Shown here piece by piece: positions 50,047 to 59,465 of a stretch of DNA of 64,000 nucleotides. Source of the DNA: Candidatus Eiseniibacteriota bacterium (lineage in GTDB: Bacteria > Eisenbacteria > RBG-16-71-46 > CAVPCR01); contig CAVPCR010000001.1 in the NCBI GenBank assembly GCA_963702435.1, positions 1,120,001 through 1,184,000 of the forward strand. The letters are read 5' to 3'. The number at the start of each line of letters is the position of its first letter. Positions within the stretch are counted from its first letter, which is position 1. Below the pieces are notes generated by a model. It saw only the letters and a list, made by a program, of their open reading frames with translations. It made no database searches and had not been told where the DNA came from. Position numbers and translations under genes: made by a program.

Positions 50047-50835
50047 ATGAATGCCAGCCAGAGAACCTCGGCCAGCGGAATGGTCGCCCAGCAGCGGATG
50101 ATCGAGGTCATCGCGAACAACCTGGCCAACGTCACCACCACCGGCTTCAAGCGCAGCCGGGCTGCCTTTCAGGACATCTTCTACGAGACGATGCAGGGAG
50201 TGCGACCCGGTGCCGAGCCGGGCAAGGCCGTGGTCGGCCCCATCCAGGTGGGACGCGGAGTGCGCGTGGCAGCCGTGAACCGGATCCACTCCCAGGGTCC
50301 GATCGAGACGACCGAGCGGCCCCTCGACCTCTCCATCGAGGGGGATGGCTTCCTGCTGCTGGAGCGCCCCGACCAGACCATCGCCTACACGCGCGATGGC
50401 AGCCTGCGCGTCTCCGAGGACGGCGTGCTGGTGACCAGCGATGGCTATCCACTGCTGCCCAGCATCATGGTCCCGGCCGAGGCCACATCCATCACCATCT
50501 CCCCTGACGGCCTGGTGAGCGCGGCCGTGGGCAACGCGGGTCAGGCGGTCGAGCTCGGGCGGCTCGAGCTGGCGCGGTTCATCAACCCGTCCGGCCTCCT
50601 CGCCATCGGCCAGAACCAGTACGTGGAGACGGCGGCCGCGGGCGAACCGATCGTGGGCGTGCCCAATCAGAACGGGTTCGGGCGCCTCCTGCAAGGGGCG
50701 CTGGAAGCGAGCAACGTCGAGATCGTGCAGGAAATCACCGACATGATCACGGCGCAGCGAGCCTATGAGATCAACGCCAAGGCGCTGCGCGTCTCCGATG
50801 ACATCATGCAGGCGACCAATGAGCTGGTCATCTAG
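50047..50835 (+). CDS. flgG: Distal rod protein FlgG
   Basis: IANNLANVTTTGFK, QVGRGVR, YTRDGS, LEASNV...AQRAYEINAK. Confidence 0.95.
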   Translation: MNASQRTSASGMVAQQRMIEVIANNLANVTTTGFKRSRAAFQDIFYETMQGVRPGAEPGKAVVGPIQVGRGVRVAAVNRIHSQGPIETTERPLDLSIEGDGFLLLERPDQTIAYTRDGSLRVSEDGVLVTSDGYPLLPSIMVPAEATSITISPDGLVSAAVGNAGQAVELGRLELARFINPSGLLAIGQNQYVETAAAGEPIVGVPNQNGFGRLLQGALEASNVEIVQEITDMITAQRAYEINAKALRVSDDIMQATNELVI

Positions 50836-51577
50836 ACAGCCGCGGTGGCTCGTGCCCGCGGTGCTCGCCGCCCTGATCGGCGTGCGCGGCACGGCGGCGC
50901 CGGCCGCAGCGGCGGGCACCCCGGCCGCAGCGGACGCCGCCCCGGCCGCAGCCGGCGCTGCGGCGTCGCCCGGGCCGGCCATCGAACGCAGCGCCGTCGC
51001 GTGCATTGCCGCCGAGTGGAACGTCGACATGGCGGTTCTCCGCCTCGAGTGGGGACAGGTTCCCCCGGGGCTCGACGCGGCGCCCGACCCGGCGCTGCAT
51101 GTCGCCGGGCGAGGTCTCGATGGCTGGTTCGCCGTGGTGATAGAGCCGCCGGCAGCACATCCGGTGGCGGTGCGGGTGCGCGCCGGAGTCGCCGATACGA
51201 CCTGGGTCGCCGCGCGCGCACTGCCTGCGCGCGCGACGCTGGCCGCCGAGGACATCCAGAGCGAGACCAGGACCTTCTGGGGTCCGCCGCGCGCCGCCGC
51301 GCGCTTGCGCCCTGCCGCGGGCTGGGAGGTGCGGCGCCCGCTGGCCGCGGGCGACGAGCTCACTGCGCTCGTCGTCGCCCCACCACAGCTCGTCGCCGCC
51401 GGCGAGACCGTGAGCCTCGAGTGGTCGCGCGGCGGGATCCACATCGTCCTCCCCGGCGTGGCCTTGAACGGCGCGCGCGCCGGCGAGACCGTGCGCGCCT
51501 ACCCCCAGGGTCGGCGGAAGACCGTGACCGGCGTGGCGATCGCGCCGGGGCGGGTCATGCTCAAGAGCGGAGGATAG
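50819..51577 (+). CDS. flgA: P-ring chaperone FlgA
   Basis: Signal peptide; SAF-like VAARALPARATL...D, PQLVAAGETV, GVALNGARAGETVR. Start codon uncertain. Confidence 0.8.
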   Translation: MSWSSRQPRWLVPAVLAALIGVRGTAAPAAAAGTPAAADAAPAAAGAAASPGPAIERSAVACIAAEWNVDMAVLRLEWGQVPPGLDAAPDPALHVAGRGLDGWFAVVIEPPAAHPVAVRVRAGVADTTWVAARALPARATLAAEDIQSETRTFWGPPRAAARLRPAAGWEVRRPLAAGDELTALVVAPPQLVAAGETVSLEWSRGGIHIVLPGVALNGARAGETVRAYPQGRRKTVTGVAIAPGRVMLKSGG

Positions 51578-51579
51578 CG

Positions 51580-52185
51580 ATGCGACAGATGCGGGCAATC
51601 ATCGGGCTGGGGATCCTGGCCTTCCTCACCGCACTCGGCGGCAGCGCCTGGGCGCAGACCGACTCCACGGCGGCGGCAGTGTCTCTCGCGCCGCGACGCA
51701 CGTCGTGGGTGTCGGGCTTCATGGCGCTACGCGTCGGCGACCTGGTCACGATCGTCATCGACGAAGAGGTGCAGGCCCGCGAGAAGGCAGCGAACTCCGG
51801 ATCCAACCAGCGCTCCCTGAACGCCAGCCTCAGCCTGAACACCGGCACGGTCGATCAGTACGGCCTCGGCGCGAACTGGAACGCCCAGTCGAAGAACAAC
51901 GGCGAGGCCACCCGCCAGGGGGGACTTGCCGGCGTCATGAGCGCCACGGTGGTCGCGGTGAACGCAGCGGGAGTCGCCACGGTCAAGGGTCGCAAGACCG
52001 TCTCGATCGACGGCCGCAACCAGGAGATGACGCTGGAAGGACTCGTGCGACCGCAAGATCTCACCTATAACAACGTCATCAACTCGAATCGACTCGCCGA
52101 CGCCACGATCACCTACAAGGGCAAGAAGATGGGCCCGCAGCAGGGCATCATCGGGAAGGTGCTGTCCATCGTATGGCCATTCTGA
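51580..52185 (+). CDS. flgH: L-ring protein FlgH (no lipobox Cys)
   Basis: RVGDLVTIVIDE, LEGLVRPQDL...NVINSNRLADATITY. Confidence 0.88.
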   Translation: MRQMRAIIGLGILAFLTALGGSAWAQTDSTAAAVSLAPRRTSWVSGFMALRVGDLVTIVIDEEVQAREKAANSGSNQRSLNASLSLNTGTVDQYGLGANWNAQSKNNGEATRQGGLAGVMSATVVAVNAAGVATVKGRKTVSIDGRNQEMTLEGLVRPQDLTYNNVINSNRLADATITYKGKKMGPQQGIIGKVLSIVWPF

Positions 52186-53228
52186 GAACGACCAGGCGCG
52201 CCCTCGTGGCTCTGACGCTGATGGCGGTGACGACGGCGCTGCCGTCCTCCGCATCGCCATCAGCCTCCCGGGTGCGCGATCTCACGATCCACTCCGGCGA
52301 GGTTCCTCGGCGGCTCCTGGGCTACGGTCTCGTCGTCGGCCTGAACGGCACCGGGGATCGCAGCTTCGGCGGTTACTCCTCGCGCAGCGCCACCGTGCAT
52401 TCGGTGATCAACTTGCTGCGTCGATTCGGCGTCGAAGTGCCCGCACCCTATCTGCGGCTGCGCAATGTCGCCGCCGTGCTGGTGACGGCCGAGACCTCGC
52501 CCTACTTGCGTGCCGGCGGGCGCTTCGAGGTCCAGGTCTCGGCACTGGGCGATGCGGTTTCGATCGAAGGCGGCGTGCTGTGGATCACGCCGCTGGTCAC
52601 CGACCCGAGCGAACCCGCGGTGGCCACCGCTCAGGGGCCGGTGCTGGTCGCGGCGCAAGACAACCGGCGCGGACTCTACTTCGCCCTGAGCAACTCCGGG
52701 CGCATCCCCGACGGCGGGATCCTCGAGGTCGACCCCTTGCCGGTATCCGACCAGGGCTCGCGACTCCTCCTCCGGCGGCCGGACCGGGTGTCGGCCGCCG
52801 CGATCGCCGCCGCGATCAACACCTCGATCGGCACCGGCACCGCAACCGTAGAGGACCCGGGTGCGATCCGGCTCACCTTGCCCGGCGACCCGGGTTCGGC
52901 ACTGGCCGCCATCGACACCGTGCTCGTCGAGCTGGAGGGTCCAGCCCGCATCGTGATCCACGGCGCCGACGGCACCGTCGTCGCGGGCGGCGACATGCGG
53001 ATCGGATCAGCGACCGTCCACCACAGCGGGATCACGCTGCAGGTTGGAGGCGAGTCCACGGACGCTCAAGCCGGCGCCAGCGGCTACCTGCAGGTGCCGC
53101 CGCAGTCGTTCGTCCAGGACGTTGCCGCCGGCCTGCATGCGATCGGCGCTTCGGCACCGGAAGTCGCCGCCATCTTCGAGGCGCTGCGCGACGCCGGGGC
53201 GATCTCGGCCGAGGTGACCGTGCGATGA
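52173..53228 (+). CDS. flgI: P-ring protein FlgI
   Basis: LLGYGLVVGLNGTGD, NVAAVLVTA, VSALGDA, GTVVAG, LRDAGAISAE. Confidence 0.92.
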   Translation: MAILRTTRRALVALTLMAVTTALPSSASPSASRVRDLTIHSGEVPRRLLGYGLVVGLNGTGDRSFGGYSSRSATVHSVINLLRRFGVEVPAPYLRLRNVAAVLVTAETSPYLRAGGRFEVQVSALGDAVSIEGGVLWITPLVTDPSEPAVATAQGPVLVAAQDNRRGLYFALSNSGRIPDGGILEVDPLPVSDQGSRLLLRRPDRVSAAAIAAAINTSIGTGTATVEDPGAIRLTLPGDPGSALAAIDTVLVELEGPARIVIHGADGTVVAGGDMRIGSATVHHSGITLQVGGESTDAQAGASGYLQVPPQSFVQDVAAGLHAIGASAPEVAAIFEALRDAGAISAEVTVR

Positions 53229-53557
53229 CTACCGAGGCGACTTCGGCTCTGGCGGCGGGGGCCCGCCCGGCGCGCAACCATGCCGAGCAGCTACGCCGGA
53301 TGTGCCATGAACTGGAGGCGACGTTTCTCCGCCAGCTCTTCGCCGCCATGCGCGAGGGCATCCACGAGGAAGGTGACCTCCCGTGGGACCCGCCCGCCGG
53401 CGAAGAGATCTTCAACGCGATGCTCGATGATCGGCTCGCGAGCACAGCAGTCGCTCGAATGCCCCGCGGCCTGGGAGAGACCATGTACCGCCAGCTCGTC
53501 GAACGCCTGAATCTGGGCGCCTCGACCCCGGGAAACGATCTGAGAACGGAGGAGTGA
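53225..53557 (+). CDS. flgJ: FlgJ-like rod-binding protein (no muramidase domain)
   Basis: ELEATFLRQLFAAMR...IFNAMLD...GLGETMYRQL. Confidence 0.8.
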   Translation: MTTEATSALAAGARPARNHAEQLRRMCHELEATFLRQLFAAMREGIHEEGDLPWDPPAGEEIFNAMLDDRLASTAVARMPRGLGETMYRQLVERLNLGASTPGNDLRTEE

Positions 53558-53560
53558 CGC

Positions 53561-54112
53561 GTGTCCGAAAAGCAGTTCCCAGCCCCGATCACCGAGAGTG
53601 CGAACCGGGACACCCCCGCCACGCAGGATCGCCGGGAAGAGCTGGCCTTGGCCATGCTTCGCGAGACTCTCGTGTTGCACGAGCTACTCGAGGCCTTGAC
53701 CGAGCAGCGCACGGCAGTCGCCGCTGGGGAGATCGAGGTCTTGAACAGGTGCACGCAACGAGTGTCTGCAATCGTCAATGATCTCGAAGCCGCTCGTGCC
53801 CATCGCCGTGGGGTCATGCTCGCGGCAGGGGCGGACCAGGGCACACCGGTGGCATCTCTCCAGGCGAGTCTCGGCAACGAGATCTCACCGGCATTCGAGC
53901 GGGCACACACGGACTTGATGAGGGCCGCGCGCGCGGCCACGCAGGAGCTTGCCATCAATCGTCGCGTGCTGGAGCTCGCCATTGAGCGCAGCGAGTCGCT
54001 CATGCGCACGGTCTTCGCCGCCGCCGGCGAGGAACGCGGAGTCTACCGCTCGCCGGCCAACCGTTCGGAGCGGCTCGAACCCGGCGCCGTCTTCGTCAAC
54101 AGGATGGCGTGA
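53561..54112 (+). CDS. flgN: Export chaperone FlgN
   Basis: Helical protein between flgJ and flgK; EQRTAVAAGEIEVL...AINRRVL...Y...FVNRMA. Confidence 0.7.
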   Translation: MSEKQFPAPITESANRDTPATQDRREELALAMLRETLVLHELLEALTEQRTAVAAGEIEVLNRCTQRVSAIVNDLEAARAHRRGVMLAAGADQGTPVASLQASLGNEISPAFERAHTDLMRAARAATQELAINRRVLELAIERSESLMRTVFAAAGEERGVYRSPANRSERLEPGAVFVNRMA

Positions 54113-54113
54113 C

Positions 54114-55481
54114 ATGTCTCTTGCCCGTATCCTCGGCATTGCCCGGTCGGCACTCCTCGCCCATCAACAGGCCATGAGTGTCACGGCCAACAACATCGCG
54201 AACGCGCAGACGGCCGGCTATTCCCGCCAGCGTCTCATCCTGCAAGCCATTGGCGGCGACGGCGGATCACGGCTCGCGTTCGGCGGCGGTGTTCGCGCCG
54301 GACACCTCGAGCGCATCCGGGACTCCTTCTTCGATACCACGTATTGGCGCGAATCCGGGCCCCTCGGGACCGCGGTGACCACTCGCCAGTTTCTCGAGGG
54401 AGTCGAGACCGCGGTCAATGAGCCCTCGGAGTTCGGCGTGGGGGCCGCCCTGGACGGCATGTTCCAGGCCTTCGGGGATCTCGCCAATGCTCCCTCCGAT
54501 CAGTCCTCGCGGGAGGGGGTCCGCCGGGCAGCTCAGCAGTTCGTGACGCGGATGCGCAGCCTGGATACCGCGATCCGGGGCTCCCTCGACGAGGCGAACG
54601 CCCGCCTGTCGTCGCAGGTGGACGAGGTGAACGAGATCACCCGGCAGATTGCGGAGTTGAACGGCCGCATCGCCGACGCCCGGGCGGGAGGACGAGAGGA
54701 TCCCGCGCTGCTCGACCAGCGCGATCTCCTGGTGGATCGGCTCTCGGAGCTGGTTCAAGTCGAGGTGCGTACAGCCGGCGACGGAACGCTCACCATCACC
54801 GCCGGCGGGACCGCACTCGTCAATCAAGCGGCGAGCCTCGATCTGCACGTCGAGACCCTCCCGGGCGGCGGCAGTGCGGTGGCCGGACCGGACGGCGGCG
54901 CGCTCGCCCTCACGGGGGGGAGCATCAAGGCGCTCACCGACCTGGCCTCGCACACCTTGCCGGACTTCCTCGCCCGGCTCGACACCCTGGCCGCGACGGT
55001 CGTCACCGAGGTGAACACGCTCCATCAGGCCGGGTATACCCTGGACGGCCGCTCCGGTCAGGACTTCTTCGCTCCCGCGGGGACCACCGCGCGCACCATC
55101 GCTCTCTCCGCCGACGTGCTCACCTCGACCGCGTCCATCGCCGCCGGCCTGAGCCCGCAGGAGGGCGACGGCGGCAACGCCCTCGCCCTGGCCGGGCTCC
55201 GGGATTCCAGGCTCGCCGCCCTCGGCGATCAGACTGCAGGCGGCTTCTACACGGGATTCGTCGCCTCGATCGGACTCCTGGTGCGAGAGGCGGGCGCCGA
55301 CGAATCCGCCGCGCAGGCCATGGTCGACGCCGCCGCTACCCGGCGCGCCAGTGTGAGCGGAGTGTCGATCGACGAGGAGATGGTGAACATGATCGGCGAG
55401 CAGGAAGCTTATGCTGCCGCGGCGCGACTGATCAGTGTCGCCGATCAGATGGTCCAGGAGCTGCTGCAGGTCATCCGCTGA
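54114..55481 (+). CDS. flgK: Hook-associated protein 1 FlgK
   Basis: TANNIANAQTAGYSRQ, LLDQRDLLVDRLS, SVSGVSIDEEM. Confidence 0.95.
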   Translation: MSLARILGIARSALLAHQQAMSVTANNIANAQTAGYSRQRLILQAIGGDGGSRLAFGGGVRAGHLERIRDSFFDTTYWRESGPLGTAVTTRQFLEGVETAVNEPSEFGVGAALDGMFQAFGDLANAPSDQSSREGVRRAAQQFVTRMRSLDTAIRGSLDEANARLSSQVDEVNEITRQIAELNGRIADARAGGREDPALLDQRDLLVDRLSELVQVEVRTAGDGTLTITAGGTALVNQAASLDLHVETLPGGGSAVAGPDGGALALTGGSIKALTDLASHTLPDFLARLDTLAATVVTEVNTLHQAGYTLDGRSGQDFFAPAGTTARTIALSADVLTSTASIAAGLSPQEGDGGNALALAGLRDSRLAALGDQTAGGFYTGFVASIGLLVREAGADESAAQAMVDAAATRRASVSGVSIDEEMVNMIGEQEAYAAAARLISVADQMVQELLQVIR

Positions 55482-56292
55482 GAGAGTCCGCTCGCACCGA
55501 GTCTGCCGCGTCCGCGCCTCCTCCGCCCATCAGGAGGAGCATGATAGTGACCCGGCGGTTCCGTCCGGAGTAGGGATCATCCTGCACCCGGAGCTCCCGA
55601 TCGGCCATGGCGCGCACCTGCGTTACCTGCGCAGGATCGAGTCCCTTCTCGATCATGATCCGGCGGGCGGCGTTCGCCCGGTCGGCGCTGAGCTCCCAGT
55701 TCGTGTAGCCCTCGCCCTTGTGGAACGGATGGGAATCGGTGTGGCCCTCGATGCGCACGGGAAAGGCGAGGGCCCCCAGCTCGGCGCCGAGAACCGCGAA
55801 GATCTGCCGCCCGCGCACCGTGGGCACCGGTTCGCCCTTCTCGAAGAAGAAGTCGTTGACATTGTCGATCAACTCGATGCGGAGACCTTCGTTGGTCAGG
55901 GTGATCTCCACATTACCGGCAGCTGATCCCAGCTCCGGACTCGCGGCGAAGCGTTCTTTCAGGCGGTGAGCGGCGTTCTGCATCCGATCACGGCGAACGT
56001 CGGCGACATCGGCCGGGTTCATCGGCTGGCTCACAGCCTGGGTCTGGGCGCCGCTCCCCGGGATGATCGAGCTGCCGTACTCGTCGCCTCGCCCCAGGGG
56101 ATCCTGGAAGTAGCCCGCGATCGCAGACTTGATGTCCGAGCTCTGGTTGATGAGCCAGAGGACGAGGAACAAGCAGAACATCGCCGACATGAAGTCGGCG
56201 AGCGCCACCTTCCATGCGCCACCGTGGTGCGCTTCATGCCGCTTCTTTCTGCGGACTATGATCTGGACGTTCGCTTCGCGGTCTCGCTTCAT
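55471..56292 (-). CDS. motB: Stator protein MotB
   Basis: HHGGAWKVALADFMSAM, IEGHTD, NWELSADRA, NRRVTI. Confidence 0.95.
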   Translation of the reverse strand: MKRDREANVQIIVRRKKRHEAHHGGAWKVALADFMSAMFCLFLVLWLINQSSDIKSAIAGYFQDPLGRGDEYGSSIIPGSGAQTQAVSQPMNPADVADVRRDRMQNAAHRLKERFAASPELGSAAGNVEITLTNEGLRIELIDNVNDFFFEKGEPVPTVRGRQIFAVLGAELGALAFPVRIEGHTDSHPFHKGEGYTNWELSADRANAARRIMIEKGLDPAQVTQVRAMADRELRVQDDPYSGRNRRVTIMLLLMGGGGADAADSVRADSLSG

Positions 56293-56319
56293 CGTCTCAG
56301 TCCGGGTCTTGCCCCAGGT

Positions 56320-57216
56320 CTAGGCAGCCCGCGCCATGTCCACGACTTCCTCCGCTGGGCGTCGCTTGAGATCCTGAAACACCTGCTCCATTTCCTCGAA
56401 GCCGGGCCGCACCTCGGAGAAGATGGAGCGCCGCGCAAACTCGACGGCGATGAGGGGCGAGGCCCCCTTCGCGAGCGCCACCACGCTCGCCCGGAGGAAA
56501 GAGTAGAAACGGCTCTCCAGCGCCTGGTGGTTCTCGATGGTGTTGGCCAGCGGGCCGGCGAATCCATAGGCGCCGAAGACGCCGAGAAACGTTCCGGTGA
56601 GGGCGGCGGCCACGTGCTCGCCGATCCGCTCGATCGGTCCGTTGATGGAGCTCATCGTGATGACGATGCCGAGAACGGCCGCCACGATGCCGATGCCGGG
56701 AAGCGCATCGCTCACCCGCAGGAGCACTTTCACCGTCATGTTCTCCTGCTCGTGCTGAACCTCGATATCGCTTTCCAGCATCATGTCGAGGTCATGCGGC
56801 GAGACGCCGCCCATGAGCACGAGGCGGAGCGAGTCGCGCATGAAGCCGATGGCGTGGTGCTGGGCGAGCACGCGCGGGTACTTCTTGAAGATGGTGCTGT
56901 TCTCGGGATCCTCGACGTGGGGTTCGATGGCCACGAGGCCGTCGCGCTGCGCGAGCTGAAAGAGCTCGTAGAGCATCTGCAGCGCATCGAGATAGAGGAC
57001 CTTGGTGAACGGCGACGGGCGGACGACCCGCACGAGATCGCGCAGGAGAGCGCGGAGCGTCGCCGGCGGAGTGGAGATGATGATCGTGCCGAGAGCGGTG
57101 CCGCCCACCACCAGGAACTCGGAGATATGAAAAAGCGCAGGTGGCTTGCCTCCGGCCAGCATGAAGCCGCCGAGAACCGATCCGACCACGACCAAGAGGC
57201 CGACAAGGGTGGACAC
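56320..57216 (-). CDS. motA: Stator protein MotA
   Basis: GTG start after AAAGG; RDGLVAIEPHVEDP, ALPGIGIVAAVLG, AALTGTFLG, AVEFARR. Confidence 0.93.
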   Translation of the reverse strand: MSTLVGLLVVVGSVLGGFMLAGGKPPALFHISEFLVVGGTALGTIIISTPPATLRALLRDLVRVVRPSPFTKVLYLDALQMLYELFQLAQRDGLVAIEPHVEDPENSTIFKKYPRVLAQHHAIGFMRDSLRLVLMGGVSPHDLDMMLESDIEVQHEQENMTVKVLLRVSDALPGIGIVAAVLGIVITMSSINGPIERIGEHVAAALTGTFLGVFGAYGFAGPLANTIENHQALESRFYSFLRASVVALAKGASPLIAVEFARRSIFSEVRPGFEEMEQVFQDLKRRPAEEVVDMARAA

Positions 57217-57321
57217 GTCTGCCTTTCGTGACTGGGTGGGCCTGCCTGCGCTGTCTGTGCCGGGGTTATCGGCCCCCCCGGAAGGCACTTGAGTCCTGCA
57301 ACCCTCCCCCTGGACCGGCGC

Positions 57322-57337
57322 TGCAACTCGCACGCCG
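57322..57337 (-). promoter_or_regulatory. Sigma-54 promoter of motAB
   Basis: Minus strand CGGCGT-GCGAG-TTGCA (GG-N10-GC). Confidence 0.6.
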
Positions 57338-57427
57338 GACATGGCACTACGCACGACTCGCCGCCCTGGCGAGTGCAGGATGCATGTGGCCAAGGTGACA
57401 CAGACCCCACCTTTCGGAGGCGCCCCC

Positions 57428-57454
57428 TCTAGTTCAGGAAGAGCGCACCGATAC
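57428..57454 (+). promoter_or_regulatory. Sigma-28-type promoter of pilB-like/HDOD
   Basis: TCTA-GTTCAGGAAGAGCGC(15)-ACCGATAC; parallels flgM TCAA-GTTC...GCCGATAC. Confidence 0.6.
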
Positions 57455-57497
57455 TAGAGGTCGGCTCCATGTCAGCCGGAGGAGACTGCAAACAGCC

Positions 57498-59465
57498 ATG
57501 CCACTAGCACGACTGCGCGACTCCCGCCAGGAAGCCGCCACCGAGACGGCCTTGACCCCGATGCCACCGGACCTGTTCCTCGTCAAGGAGGGTCTGGTCA
57601 ATGAGGAGCAGGTCGAACGAGCTCGCCGCATTGCCTCCCGCATGCGCAGTCCCAAACCTCCCTGGGAGGTGCTCGTCGATCTGGGCCTGCTTGCGCGCTC
57701 CGAAATGGAGCGCGTCGTAAAGACCTACCGGACGCACCTCAGCGTCGCGGACATCCTCCATGAAGACGGAATCCTCGATGAGAACGGTCTCCGCAAGTAC
57801 CATGAGGCCTGCGCCCAGAAACCAACGCCGTCGGACCGGGACATCCTCGTCGGCGGCGAGTTTGTCAGCGAGCAGCAGTACCTCCATGCTCTTGCCACCA
57901 AGCTCGACATCCCCTACCTGGAGCCGGAGATCGCGCCGCTCGATGAACAGGTCCTGCAGCGGGTGTCGATCCCTTACCTCGTGCGCAAGCGGCTGCTGCC
58001 GGTGCGGGTCGCCGACGGATCGGTCACCGTGATCATGCAGGACCCCCTCGACCAGGAAGCGCTGGCGGAGATGCGCCGGATATACAAGATGCCGGTCAAG
58101 CCCGCTTGCGCCCCCGGGGAAAACATTGCGGCGGCGCTGAACCGCTTGCAGAATCGCAACAAGGACGTGGCGGATCCTGAGGGGACGATTGCGCTCAAGT
58201 ACCGCGAGATCCGCGAGATCGACGAAGGTGAGGATATTGGCATCGAGGCCGTGCGTATCGTGGATCATCTTCTGTATCGGGCCATCCAGATGCATGCCAG
58301 CGACATCCATATCGAGCCCTTGCAGCGGAAGCTGGTCGTGCGAGTACGGATCGACGGCGTCATGCAACTGCTCACCGAGCTGCCCGCCGACATCGCCCCG
58401 CGCATCGCCGCCCGAGTGAAGGTGCTGTGCAACGCCGACCTCGCCGAGCGGCGGCTCCACCAGGACGGACGGATCTTCGCGATGGTCGATGGCAAGGAAG
58501 TGGACATGCGGGTGTCCATCTACGTCTCGATGTTCGGCGAGACCATGGTCATTCGAATCCTCGATCGCCGCCGCGGGCTCATGGCGCTGGAGGGGCTGGG
58601 GTTCGAGCCGGCTGTCCTGAGTCTGCTCCGGGAAGTCGTGCTGCGCTCTGCCTCGGGTCTCACACTCATGACCGGACCGACGGGCAGCGGCAAGACGACC
58701 ACCCTGTACTCATTCATCGACTCCATGCTGGACGGGACCAGCAAGATCATCACCTGCGAGGACCCGGTCGAGTACGTGCTGGATGGCACCACCCAGTGCT
58801 CTCTCAACGCCAGAGCCGGCCAGACTTTCGCCGACTCGATTCGGGCGATGGTGCGACAGGATCCTGACATCATTGTGATCGGGGAGATCCGCGACCAGGA
58901 GACTGCACACTATGCGGTGGAGGCAGCGTTGACCGGCCACAAGGTCCTCAGTACATTTCATACCGAGGACACCGTGGGCGCGGTGGTGCGCCTCCTCGAG
59001 ATGGGCATCGAACCCTTCCTGGTCGCCTCCACCATGGGCGCGATCATCGGGCAGCGCTTGATCCGCAAGCTCTGTCCGCAGTGCTCGCGGCAGGGAACGC
59101 CGTCCAAGCGGGACCTGCGCTATCTCGGCCTGACGCGGGAGAGCCTTGGTGGCGTGCCGGTGCCGGAGCGTGTTGGCTGCGGACACTGTGGCGGTACTGG
59201 CTACCGGGGTCGCTGCGGCATCTACGAGGTGCTCGTCCCGGACGACGACTTCCGGGACGCCATCCTGCGCCGCGCACCGTCACGGGAACTGCGCACCCAT
59301 GCCAGGAAGCTGACCGGTTTTCTCACCCTGCAGGAGGACGGACTGCTCAAGGTGATGGCTGGCATCACGACTCTGAGCGAGCTGGCCGACTGCGTCCCCC
59401 GCGATGTCGATGCCCGGCCCCTGACCTTGCTGCGCGAAGTCGCCTCCAGGAAGAACCTGCAATGA
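57498..59465 (+). CDS. GspE/PilB-family assembly ATPase
   Basis: ASDIHIEP, RIDG, GPTGSGKTTT, TCEDPVEY, RQDPDIIVIGEIRD, TGHKVLSTFH, CPQC...CGHC zinc motif. Confidence 0.9.
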   Translation: MPLARLRDSRQEAATETALTPMPPDLFLVKEGLVNEEQVERARRIASRMRSPKPPWEVLVDLGLLARSEMERVVKTYRTHLSVADILHEDGILDENGLRKYHEACAQKPTPSDRDILVGGEFVSEQQYLHALATKLDIPYLEPEIAPLDEQVLQRVSIPYLVRKRLLPVRVADGSVTVIMQDPLDQEALAEMRRIYKMPVKPACAPGENIAAALNRLQNRNKDVADPEGTIALKYREIREIDEGEDIGIEAVRIVDHLLYRAIQMHASDIHIEPLQRKLVVRVRIDGVMQLLTELPADIAPRIAARVKVLCNADLAERRLHQDGRIFAMVDGKEVDMRVSIYVSMFGETMVIRILDRRRGLMALEGLGFEPAVLSLLREVVLRSASGLTLMTGPTGSGKTTTLYSFIDSMLDGTSKIITCEDPVEYVLDGTTQCSLNARAGQTFADSIRAMVRQDPDIIVIGEIRDQETAHYAVEAALTGHKVLSTFHTEDTVGAVVRLLEMGIEPFLVASTMGAIIGQRLIRKLCPQCSRQGTPSKRDLRYLGLTRESLGGVPVPERVGCGHCGGTGYRGRCGIYEVLVPDDDFRDAILRRAPSRELRTHARKLTGFLTLQEDGLLKVMAGITTLSELADCVPRDVDARPLTLLREVASRKNLQ

